Made by a program: the position numbers and the translations under genes
The notes under the pieces: generated by a model
Database searches by the model: none
What the model was told of the DNA's origin: nothing
The model's input: the letters and a program-made list of their open reading frames with translations, nothing else
Assembly (NCBI GenBank): GCA_963664545.2
Contig: OY761475.2
Span: 1,663,247 to 1,727,246, forward strand
Source: Vicinamibacterales bacterium
Lineage (GTDB): Bacteria > Acidobacteriota > Vicinamibacteria > Vicinamibacterales > UBA8438
Reading direction: 5' to 3'
DNA length: 64,000 nt
In this document: in pieces, positions 27,625 to 35,864 of the stretch
How the letters are laid out: each line of letters opens with the position of its first letter
How positions within the stretch are numbered: the first letter of the stretch is position 1

Positions 27625-27695
27625 GAGGTGCCGGCGTTGCTGCTCGACAATCCCGCTGTAGCGTGAGAGGGTGCGGCGGATCCTGAAGGATCGAC

Positions 27696-29105
27696 CTACT
27701 GCGACGACCGAGCCGCGGCCTCCCGGCCGAGGCGCTCGATGGCCTCCAGGGTCTCGCGGACATCGTCCCACGTGGTGGAGTGGTTGATGACGCACATGCG
27801 GAGCGCGAAGCGGCGGCGGAGCAGGGTCGACGATATGAACGCGCGCTCCTCCCAGAACACGCGGGCGAGGACCCTCCGGTTGATGCGGTGCAGCGCCCGC
27901 TCGCCGGCGGCCCCGCCGCGGGGGTTGACGCGGAAGCAGACGATGCCGAGCGAGGCGGGCGTCATGAGCTCCAGCATGGGGCTGTCCGCGACGTAGCGCG
28001 CGGCGCGCTCGGCCAGCTCGATGCCCTTGGCCACCGCGCCGCGGAACACGGCGAGGCCGAAGACCTGCACCGACATCCATATCTTGAGGGCGCGGTCGCA
28101 ACGGCTCAACTGCAGCCCGCGGTCGGTTTGGTTCGCGTGGTTCGCGCCCCACACGGAGTCCTGCAGGACGTCGTGGCGGATGGCGAAGGCGCGTTCGAGC
28201 GTCCGGACGTCCTTGACGAGCAGGCAGCCCGCCTCGTACGGCTGGAAGAACCACTTGTGCGGGTCGAGGCCGATTGAGTCGGCGCGCTCGATGCCGCGCA
28301 GCTTCGGCACGCCCGCGTCGGTGAGCCGCGCGAAGCCGCCGTGCGCGGCGTCGACGTGCAGCCAGACGCCGCGCGCCGCGCAGTACTCGGCGACGGCGTC
28401 CAGCGGGTCGACGGCACCGGTGCTGGTGGTGCCGGCATTGGCGCAGACGGCGATGGGGTTGCGGCCGGCGGCGCGGTCCTCATCGACCGCGGCGGCCAGG
28501 GCCGCCGGGTCGAGGCGGTAGTCGTCGCCGGACGGCAGCACGCGCAGGTGGTCGGGGCGGACGCCGATGATGCGCGCGGCGCGGATCTGCGCGCCGTGGC
28601 TCTGGTCGCTCATGTAGACGGTGGGCCGCGCCGGGTGTCCGGCCGCCTCGCGGGCGGCCACGAAGGCGTCCAGCGCCGCCGCCGAGCCGCCGCTGGTCAG
28701 GATGCCGCCGGCCGTCTCGGGGTAGCCCATCCAGCGCCGGAACCAGTCGAGGACGACCGCCTCGAGCTGGGTCGGGCCGCTCGCGGTCAGCCACGTGGCG
28801 GCGTTGACATTGAAGCCGGTCGCGAGGAACTCGGCCAGCACCCCCGGCCATGTCGGCTCCGACGGTATGAATCCGAAGGCGCGGGGGTGGTCGTGGCGCA
28901 TGATCGGCGAGAGGACGTCGCGCACCGCGCGGTCGATCACCTCGCGCGGCGGCCGGCCGGTCTCGGGGGGATCTTCCAGCAGCCGTTCGCGGAGGTCCTG
29001 CTTGAACTCGCCGTCCCAGGCCCCGTCGTCGGCCAGCCGCCCGCTCCGCTCGACGAGAATCTCGGTCACGTGGTTCGCGAGCTCGCGCATGAGATCGGGC
29101 GGCAT
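27696..29105 (-). CDS. group II PLP-dependent decarboxylase
   Basis: ATG 29105. 'HPRAFGFIPS', 'LTSGGSAAAL' and PLP-Lys motif 'IGLDPHKWFFQPYEAG'. The 961-aa track ORF is an upstream shadow extension. Confidence 0.85.
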   Translation of the reverse strand: MPPDLMRELANHVTEILVERSGRLADDGAWDGEFKQDLRERLLEDPPETGRPPREVIDRAVRDVLSPIMRHDHPRAFGFIPSEPTWPGVLAEFLATGFNVNAATWLTASGPTQLEAVVLDWFRRWMGYPETAGGILTSGGSAAALDAFVAAREAAGHPARPTVYMSDQSHGAQIRAARIIGVRPDHLRVLPSGDDYRLDPAALAAAVDEDRAAGRNPIAVCANAGTTSTGAVDPLDAVAEYCAARGVWLHVDAAHGGFARLTDAGVPKLRGIERADSIGLDPHKWFFQPYEAGCLLVKDVRTLERAFAIRHDVLQDSVWGANHANQTDRGLQLSRCDRALKIWMSVQVFGLAVFRGAVAKGIELAERAARYVADSPMLELMTPASLGIVCFRVNPRGGAAGERALHRINRRVLARVFWEERAFISSTLLRRRFALRMCVINHSTTWDDVRETLEAIERLGREAAARSSQ

Positions 29106-29215
29106 CCGAAGACCGTGCGTCACGGGATTCGCTCCAGGCGTCCGCGGAGGGAGACCGCGGGCGGGCCCCCAAGGCATCCGAGTGCGAACGATAACATTAA
29201 CCCATCGCGCAGCGC

Positions 29216-30532
29216 TCACATCAGCCCGACCAGCCAGAGCGACAGGGACGGGACCGCGATCAGCAGCAGCAGGCGCAGGATGTCGGCGATCCAGAAGGGC
29301 GCGACGCCGCGGAAGATGGTGTTCAGCGGCACGTCGGGCAGGACGTTGCGCAGGACGAACACGTTGAGGCCGACGGGCGGGGTGATGAGGCTGATCTCGG
29401 TCGCGACGACGACCACGATGCCGAACCAGATGAGGGCCGCGTCGGGGGTCGCCAGGGCGGTCGAGGCGAAGTCGAGCTCGAACATCAGGGGGGCGAAGAC
29501 GGGGACGGTGAGCAGAATCATCGACAGGCTCTCGAGCACGCAGCCGAGGACCAGGTAGATGAGGACGATGCCGGCCATCACCACCCAGGCGTTCACCCCG
29601 AGGGAACCGATCCACGCGGCCAGGGCCTCCGGCAGTCCGGCGAAGTTGATGAAGTTCGAGAAGATCTCCGCGCCGATGAGGATCGCGAAGATCATCGCCG
29701 TCGTCCGCGCGGTCTGGACGCACGCGTCGAACAGCCGCCGGGCGGTCACGCCGCCGGCCAGCGCGGTGATGCCCAGGGCGGCGCCCGCGCCGACCCCCGC
29801 CGCCTCGGTGGGCGTGAACAGGCCGCCGTAGATGCCGGCCAGGATGAGGACGAACAGGCCGGCCACCGCCGCGACCCCGAAGCGCTCGCGGGCCGAGAAC
29901 GGCTCGCGGTGCTCGGTGCGCGGGGCGGCGGCGGGGTTCAGGCGGACCACTACCGCTACCGCGCCGACGTAGAAGACGACGCCCACGATGCCCGGCACCA
30001 CGCCCGCGATGAAGAGCCGGCCGATGTCGGCCTCGGTCAGCAGCCCGTAGACGATGAGGATGACGCTCGGCGGAATCAGGATGCCCAGCGTGCCCCCCGC
30101 CGCGATCGAGCCCGCGGCCAGGCTGTCGGCGTAGCCGTAGCGCCGCATGGACGGCATGGCGACCTTTGACATCGTGGCGGCGGTGGCGAGCGACGAGCCG
30201 CACACGGCGCTGAACCCGCCGCAGGCGACCACCGAGGCCATGGCGAGCCCGCCCCGCACGCGTCCGAGCAGGGCGTTGGCGGCGGCGTACAGGCCGTGGC
30301 TCACGCCCGAGATGGTGAGGAGGTTGCCCATCAGGATGAACAGCGGCACGACCGACAGCGAGTAGGAGAGGCCGGTCTCGAAGGCGACGTTCCCGACCAT
30401 CGCCCAAGCCGCGGGCCAGCTCCGGAGCAGGGCGAAGCCGACCGCGCCGACCGCGGCCATCGCGAACGCGATGGGCACGCGCAGGAAGACGAGCGCGAGC
30501 AGCGCCGCGAAGCCGAGCAGGGACGCGGTCAC
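29216..30532 (-). CDS. dctM: TRAP transporter large permease
   Basis: 438 aa. 'LRVPIAFAMAAVGAVGF' and 'VVPLFILMGNLL' are typical DctM. GTG start at 30532. Confidence 0.9.
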   Translation of the reverse strand: MTASLLGFAALLALVFLRVPIAFAMAAVGAVGFALLRSWPAAWAMVGNVAFETGLSYSLSVVPLFILMGNLLTISGVSHGLYAAANALLGRVRGGLAMASVVACGGFSAVCGSSLATAATMSKVAMPSMRRYGYADSLAAGSIAAGGTLGILIPPSVILIVYGLLTEADIGRLFIAGVVPGIVGVVFYVGAVAVVVRLNPAAAPRTEHREPFSARERFGVAAVAGLFVLILAGIYGGLFTPTEAAGVGAGAALGITALAGGVTARRLFDACVQTARTTAMIFAILIGAEIFSNFINFAGLPEALAAWIGSLGVNAWVVMAGIVLIYLVLGCVLESLSMILLTVPVFAPLMFELDFASTALATPDAALIWFGIVVVVATEISLITPPVGLNVFVLRNVLPDVPLNTIFRGVAPFWIADILRLLLLIAVPSLSLWLVGLM

Positions 30533-30745
30533 GAGGCGCTCCCGGCGGCGGCCGGCGTGTCGATGCCGGGCGCGTCGCCATAGGCGCGGGTCACGAGCTT
30601 GGCGACGGCGGGCAGGCCGCCGAGCACGGCGAAGCCGAGCAGGGACGCGGTCATGAGGCGCTCCCGGCGGCCGGCGTGTCGATTCCGGCCGCCTCGCCGT
30701 CGGGGCGGGTCACGAGCCTGGCGATGGCGAGCAGGCCGCTGAGCG
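30505..30745. repeat. tandem duplication (about 120-bp unit, diverged) of the dctQ 3' end / dctM 5' start junction
   Basis: 'gaagccgagcagggacgcggtcaYgaggcgctcccggcgg..ccggcgtgtcgat.ccgg' occurs at about 30510 and about 30630. It creates a 41-codon chimeric ORF (30529-30654) reading 'MTASLLGFA...GIDTPAAAGSAS'. Confidence 0.8.
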
Positions 30746-31172
30746 CCGCCATGCCGGCCGCGAACCAGCCGAGGGGCGCGAGCGGCACCAGCAGCGCGTC
30801 GGTCACCGCCTCGTCGTCGGCCAGCCGCGCGCTGTAGACGGCGAGCCGCCACGCGATCACCCACAGCGCGGCCGTCGACGCGAGGCCGCCGAGCCACACC
30901 ATCGCGGTCCGGACGCGGGGCGGCGAGGCGTCGTGGAGCGCGTCGACGGCGACGTGCTCTCCCGTCATGGTCGCGAGCGGCAGGGCCGCGAAGACGAGCG
31001 CCCCGAGCATCAGCTCGGTGAGTTCGAAGGCGCCGGGCAGGGGGGCGGTGAGGACGTAGCGGCCGACGACGTCGACCACCGTGAGCGCCGCGAGGCCCAT
31101 CAGCAGGAACGCGCAGCACCCGCTGAGCCCGAGGTCCAGCGCGCGCGGCAGCGAAGTCGTGGAGGAAGGCAC
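30651..31172 (-). CDS. dctQ: TRAP transporter small permease
   Basis: 173 aa with four hydrophobic helices. 'VVDVVGRYVLTAPLPGAFELTE' is typical DctQ. Confidence 0.8.
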   Translation of the reverse strand: MPSSTTSLPRALDLGLSGCCAFLLMGLAALTVVDVVGRYVLTAPLPGAFELTELMLGALVFAALPLATMTGEHVAVDALHDASPPRVRTAMVWLGGLASTAALWVIAWRLAVYSARLADDEAVTDALLVPLAPLGWFAAGMAALSGLLAIARLVTRPDGEAAGIDTPAAGSAS

Positions 31173-31176
31173 GGCG

Positions 31177-32229
31177 CTACCTGCCCATGCCGGTGCCGCG
31201 GCGCAGGGCGGCGAGCGCGGCGCGGCCGTCGTAGCCCCGCGTCGCCACCCGCGCCACCCACCGGGCCTCGTGCTCGCGCGCGCGCGACCGGATGGCGTCG
31301 AGCATGGCGGGCGGCGCGTCGTAGATGTCGATGCCCGCCGCGCGGATGGCCTCGACGGCGCGCGCGTCGGCGTCGTTCCACGCGCGGCCGACCCGCTCGG
31401 CCAGCGCCTCGCCCGAGACGGCTTCGATGGCGGCGCGGTCCCGCGCGGAGATCTTCCGCCACGCGGCCTCGTTGGCGACGACGTACCAGGTGGTGTTGTA
31501 GATGCCTCCCGGCACCCGCATGGCGTAGCGGAGGTGGGGGGTCAGGCGGAAGGCGGTCGTCGCCTCGTAGGTCATGGTGAGGCCGTCGATGACGCCCCGC
31601 GAGAGCTTCTGGTAGACGTCGCCGCTATCCATGAACAGGGTCGTCGCGCCGAGCCCGTCCATGAGGTCGGCGACGTAGCCGCCGGGGGTGCGGATCTTCA
31701 GCCCCGCGAGGTCGGCGGGCCGCTCGATGCGCCGGACGTTGTTGTAGAGGATGCCGGGGCCGTGGACGAAGAGGCCCAGCAGCTTGACGCCCTCGTGCTC
31801 GGCCTCGGCGTCGAGCCTCCCAGCGTACACCCGCCAGAACGCCCGCGAGCCCGCCGCCGCGTCGTCGCCGATGAACGAGAACTGGGCGAAGCGCGACCGC
31901 GGGAAACGGTTGTCCCGCGTGAACGAGTGGAGGCCGTAGGTTAGATCGGCGATGCCGTCGACGGCCAGATAGTAGTGCGACGGCGGCGAGCCGAGCGGCC
32001 TCGCCAGCAGGCGCACCGTCACCCGGCCCTCGGTCACCTCCTCGATCTGCTCGATCCAGGGCACGAACGCGTTGGCGACGATGGGGTGCCGCGGCGGCAG
32101 CCACGACGACATCACCAGCTCGGTCTGCTCGGTCTGCTCGGTCTGGGCGCCGGCCCCGGCCGCGAAGGCCAAGCCGGCCGCGAGCGCCAGCAGGGCCGCT
32201 CGCCCCCGGCCGGTGCGCCGGCTCGTCAC
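31177..32229 (-). CDS. dctP: TRAP transporter substrate-binding protein
   Basis: GTG 32229 overlaps the upstream stop (GTGA). Signal peptide 'LALAAGLAFAAGAGAQ'. DctP-like body. Confidence 0.85.
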   Translation of the reverse strand: MTSRRTGRGRAALLALAAGLAFAAGAGAQTEQTEQTELVMSSWLPPRHPIVANAFVPWIEQIEEVTEGRVTVRLLARPLGSPPSHYYLAVDGIADLTYGLHSFTRDNRFPRSRFAQFSFIGDDAAAGSRAFWRVYAGRLDAEAEHEGVKLLGLFVHGPGILYNNVRRIERPADLAGLKIRTPGGYVADLMDGLGATTLFMDSGDVYQKLSRGVIDGLTMTYEATTAFRLTPHLRYAMRVPGGIYNTTWYVVANEAAWRKISARDRAAIEAVSGEALAERVGRAWNDADARAVEAIRAAGIDIYDAPPAMLDAIRSRAREHEARWVARVATRGYDGRAALAALRRGTGMGR

Positions 32230-32765
32230 TTGTCGAGCTCCTTCCGGTGCATCCAGGCCGCGTGCTGCGGCGCGCGCTTCGTCTCGGACCACTCGCGGAG
32301 CATATCCCACTTCACCGCGTCGAGCCTGGCCAGCAGGGCGTCCTCCTCCGGGTCGGGGCACGCGAGCTCGATGCGGTGCCCGTTGGGGTCGAAGAAATAG
32401 ATCGAGTGGAAGATGGCGTGGTCGGTCACCCCGAGCACGTCGACGCCGTTGGCCTCGAGCCGCGCTCTGAACGCGAGCAGGGTCTCGCGGTCCTTCACCT
32501 TGAACGCGATGTGCTGGACCCACTCGGGGGTGTTGGGGTCGCGCCCCATCTCGGGCTTCGTGGGCAGCTCGAAGAAGGCGAGCACGTTGCCCTGCCCGGC
32601 GTCGAGGAAGACGTGCATGTAGGGATCGGGCTCGTGCGTCGACGGGACGCGGTCTTCGGCGATCGCCAGCACGAAGTCCATGTTGAGGTTCTTCACGTAC
32701 CAGTCGACGGTCTCCTTGGCGTCCCGGCAGCGGTAGGCCACGTGGTGGATGCGCTCGAGCTTCAT
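32226..32765 (-). CDS. VOC (glyoxalase/extradiol dioxygenase) family protein
   Basis: 'MKLERIHHVAYRCRDAKETVDWY...HIAFKV...IYFFDPNGHRIEL' is the paired beta-alpha-beta-beta-beta VOC signature. Confidence 0.8.
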   Translation of the reverse strand: MKLERIHHVAYRCRDAKETVDWYVKNLNMDFVLAIAEDRVPSTHEPDPYMHVFLDAGQGNVLAFFELPTKPEMGRDPNTPEWVQHIAFKVKDRETLLAFRARLEANGVDVLGVTDHAIFHSIYFFDPNGHRIELACPDPEEDALLARLDAVKWDMLREWSETKRAPQHAAWMHRKELDK

Positions 32766-32781
32766 CTCGGTCCTCTCTCGG

Positions 32782-33012
32782 TCAGTCGTCGCCCCGCGCG
32801 CCGCTCCCGCCGTCGGGGTCGGTCGGCGATCCGGCGAGCCGGAACGCCTCGCGCAGGACCTGCCGGTCGCCGATGTGGTTGGCGAGAATCAGCACGAGGC
32901 GGGCGTTAACGGCGTCGCTCTCGGCCTTCGACCGGCCCTCGTGCAGCGACAGCAGTTCTTCGTAGAAGCCGTCCGGGTCACCGATGTTCGGGTCCGTGCA
33001 GAGCTTGGTCAT
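32782..33012 (-). CDS. DUF2783-like small protein
   Basis: ATG 33012 overlaps the monooxygenase stop (ATGA). 'DPDGFYEELLSLHEGRSKAESDAVNARLVLILANHIGD'. Confidence 0.6.
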   Translation of the reverse strand: MTKLCTDPNIGDPDGFYEELLSLHEGRSKAESDAVNARLVLILANHIGDRQVLREAFRLAGSPTDPDGGSGARGDD

Positions 33013-34640
33013 GCCGGGCGCCCCACCGCGGTGCGCAGCGCCCGCGCGACCGCCGCCTCGTCGAACGACGTCCAGCGCGCGGCGACGTGCTGGTCGGGAC
33101 GGATCAGGTAGACGGCCGAGGGCGCGTCGCCCAGATACCGCTCGCGCAACGCGTCCGAGGGGGCCGCCGCGGCGTCGAGGCGCAGCCCGTCGACCGGCAG
33201 CCCGTCGACCTCGAGACGGCCGGGCGCCGGGGCGTCGATGGCCAGGAGCCGGAAGCAACCGCCGAGGGCGTCGACGAGCCAGCCGTCCCCGAGCGGCGCG
33301 TCCGACGCCGGCGCGCCGGGGCGCGTCCGCCGCGGCAGGGCGGGGTCGTCGGGGCCGTTCAGCGGCGAGCCGTCGTGCACGCACGGCACGGACAGGCGGC
33401 CCGAGTTGACGAGGGGCCGCGCGAACGGCAGGCCCTCGGACAGGTCGAGCACGGCGTCGCGGAAGAGGCGGCTCGTCTCAGACTTGGGGGTGATGAAGTC
33501 GGTCGACCGCGTCGAGGCGACGAGGTTCTCGTCGGCGGCCTGGATGCGCTCGTGGTCGTACGTGTCGAGCAGCCGCTCTGGCGCGCGCCCCTCGATGACG
33601 AGCTTGAGCTTCCAGCACAGGTTGTCGGTGTCCTGGAAGCCGCTGTTGGCGCCGCGCGCCCCGAACGGCGACACCTGGTGGGCCGAGTCGCCGGCGAAGA
33701 TCACGCGGCCGTGCCGGAAGCGCTCCATGCGGCGGCACTGGAAGGAGTAGACCGACACCCATTCGAGTTCGAAGCGCACGTCGGGGCCGAGCATCGCGCG
33801 CAGCCGGGGGACGACATTCTCGGACTTCTGCTGCTCGTCGCGGTCGACGCCGCGGCCGAGCTGGAGGTCGATGCGCCAGACGTGGTCGGGCTGCTTGTGG
33901 AGCAGCGCCGACTGCCCCCGGTTGAACGGCGGGTCGAACCAGAACCACCGCTCGGTCGGGAAGTCCGCCTCCATGACGACGTCGGCGATGAGGAAGTTGT
34001 CCTCGAAGACCCGGCCGACGAAGTCGGCACCGAGCATGCGCCGCACCGGCGACCCCGCCCCGTCGCAGGCGAGGAGCCAGCCCGCCTCGAGGCGGTACGC
34101 GCCCTCCGGGGTGTCGACCTCCACCCCCACCCCGTCGGGGCGCGGGTCGACGCCGACGACCTCGTGGCGTCCCCGCAGCTCGACGGGCTTGCCGAGTCGC
34201 TCGAGCGCGCGCAGCCGCTCGACGAGGTACTGCTCACAGTAGTACTGCTGCAGGTTGACGAACGCCGGCCGCTTGTGCCCCGCCTCGGGCAGCAGGTCGA
34301 ACCGGTAGACCTGCCGGCGGTCGAAGAAGACCTTCCCCGTGCTCCAGGTCACGCCCTTCTCGACGAGGCGGTCGCCGCACCCCAGCCGGTCGAGGATCTC
34401 CAGGGGCCGCTTGGCGAAGCAGATGGCGCGCGAGCCGCCGCTCACCCGGTCGTTGTCGTCGAGCACCACGACTGGCACGTCCTGCTGCGCGAGGTCGATG
34501 GCCGCGGCCAGCCCGATCGGACCCGCGCCGACCACCACGACGGGATGGAACGCGACGGGGTCGGCGTCCTGGTCCGGCGACCGCCGGTAGGGGTAGAGCG
34601 GCGGCGGGTCGGACGCCGCGGCGGTGCCGCTGCTAGCCAT
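33009..34640 (-). CDS. FAD-dependent aromatic-ring hydroxylase (MhpA/PheA-TfdB type)
   Basis: 'VVVVGAGPIGLAAAIDLA' dinucleotide fold, 'RVIFAGDSAHQVSPFGARGANSG' FAD motif and a thioredoxin-like C-terminal domain. Confidence 0.9.
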   Translation of the reverse strand: MASSGTAAASDPPPLYPYRRSPDQDADPVAFHPVVVVGAGPIGLAAAIDLAQQDVPVVVLDDNDRVSGGSRAICFAKRPLEILDRLGCGDRLVEKGVTWSTGKVFFDRRQVYRFDLLPEAGHKRPAFVNLQQYYCEQYLVERLRALERLGKPVELRGRHEVVGVDPRPDGVGVEVDTPEGAYRLEAGWLLACDGAGSPVRRMLGADFVGRVFEDNFLIADVVMEADFPTERWFWFDPPFNRGQSALLHKQPDHVWRIDLQLGRGVDRDEQQKSENVVPRLRAMLGPDVRFELEWVSVYSFQCRRMERFRHGRVIFAGDSAHQVSPFGARGANSGFQDTDNLCWKLKLVIEGRAPERLLDTYDHERIQAADENLVASTRSTDFITPKSETSRLFRDAVLDLSEGLPFARPLVNSGRLSVPCVHDGSPLNGPDDPALPRRTRPGAPASDAPLGDGWLVDALGGCFRLLAIDAPAPGRLEVDGLPVDGLRLDAAAAPSDALRERYLGDAPSAVYLIRPDQHVAARWTSFDEAAVARALRTAVGRPA

Positions 34641-35589
34641 CGCCCTGCAGCTCGGCCCACATGCGGCGGTCGCGCTCGGCCGTCCAGATGCGCGGGGTGT
34701 CGATGCCGAACGCCTCGTCGTAGGCGCGGGCCACGTTGAACGGGAGGCAGTGCTCGTAGATGGCGTAGTCCGAGAACAGGGGATCGCAGGCGGCGCGGCA
34801 CGCCTCGAACGCCTCCTTCAGGCTGCCGCGCCGCCCGGCGACCTGCGCGACCGGGTGATACGTGCCGGTCAGGAAGTCGGCGGTCAGGTTCAGCGCCTCG
34901 CGGACCCGGTTCGGCCCCACGAGGGCGTCCCCGCGGCCCGGCATCAGCGCGTCGGGCTCGAAGTCGCGGACGGCGTCGAGCGTCGCCGGCCAGTCGCGGA
35001 AGTGGGCGTCGCCGCAGTAGCAGGCGGACCGGTACTCGACGATGTCGCCGCTGAACATGACGCGCGCGTCGGGCACCCAGGCCACGATGTCGCCGGCCGT
35101 GTGCGCCCGGCCGAGCCAGAGCAGGTCGACGCGGCGGCGGCCGAGATACACCGTCATGCGGTCGCGGAACGTCACCGTCGGCCACGTCAGCCCGGGAATC
35201 GACTCGGCCGCCCGGAACAGCCGCGGGAAGCGCGCGTACTCGCTGTCCCAGTCCTCCTGCCCCCGCTCCTGGATCATCGCGCGGCAGGCGTCCGACGCGA
35301 TGATCGCGTCCGCCCCGTAGGCCGAGGCGCCGAGCACCCGCACCGCGTGGTAGTGGCTGAGGGTGACGTACTTGATCGGCTTGTCGGTGACGCCGCGCAC
35401 GCGGTCGATGACCTGCCGCGCCATCACCGGCGTGGCCTGGGTGTCGATCACCATCACCGAGTCGTCGCCGACGATGACGCCGGTGTTGGGGTCGCCCTCG
35501 GTGGTGTAGGAATAGAGGTCCCGGGCGATCTCCGAGAACGTGACTTTCTTCTCGGTCAGGTCGCCCGTGGACGCGAAGGCTCTGGGCAC
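34633..35589 (-). CDS. MBL-fold metallo-hydrolase
   Basis: GTG 35589 follows GAGAGGA. 'VTLSHYHAVRVLG' is a variant of the HxHxDH region. 'AHTAGDIVAW'. Confidence 0.75.
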   Translation of the reverse strand: MPRAFASTGDLTEKKVTFSEIARDLYSYTTEGDPNTGVIVGDDSVMVIDTQATPVMARQVIDRVRGVTDKPIKYVTLSHYHAVRVLGASAYGADAIIASDACRAMIQERGQEDWDSEYARFPRLFRAAESIPGLTWPTVTFRDRMTVYLGRRRVDLLWLGRAHTAGDIVAWVPDARVMFSGDIVEYRSACYCGDAHFRDWPATLDAVRDFEPDALMPGRGDALVGPNRVREALNLTADFLTGTYHPVAQVAGRRGSLKEAFEACRAACDPLFSDYAIYEHCLPFNVARAYDEAFGIDTPRIWTAERDRRMWAELQGDG

Positions 35590-35716
35590 CGCGTTGTCCT
35601 CTCTGGTTTGGCAGCCCGTGGCGCTTGTCCCGCCGCATGCGACCGGAAGGCTCTGGGCACCCGCGTTGTCCTCTCTCGCTGGCAGCCCGCGGCGCAGATC
35701 CTGCCGCATGCGACCG
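35576..35716. repeat. about 70-bp tandem duplication covering the RBS and start codon of the MBL gene
   Basis: Unit 'gaaggctctgggcacc(c)gcgttgtcctctct...ggcagcccg.ggcgc...c.gccgcatgcgaccg' at 35576-35645 and 35646-35716. Confidence 0.8.
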
Positions 35717-35864
35717 GCGTGCACCCGGCCCGCTGGCGTTGCTCCGTCGAATACGCCCGCTTGTCTCCTTCGTCGCGTCTTGTCGGGCGGGCGCCTCGGC
35801 GGTCCGCCGGCGCCCGCGGGGCGCGGTGCAACGCGACGCTCCGCCGCGGCCAGCCGGAGTCCTG

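Noticed and set aside
27696-30581. 961-aa minus-strand ORF suggesting a giant fusion protein.
   Set aside because: Only the last 469 aa (from ATG 29105) are decarboxylase-like. The upstream part is an Arg/Pro-rich shadow overlapping dctM, which has clear TRAP permease signatures in another frame.
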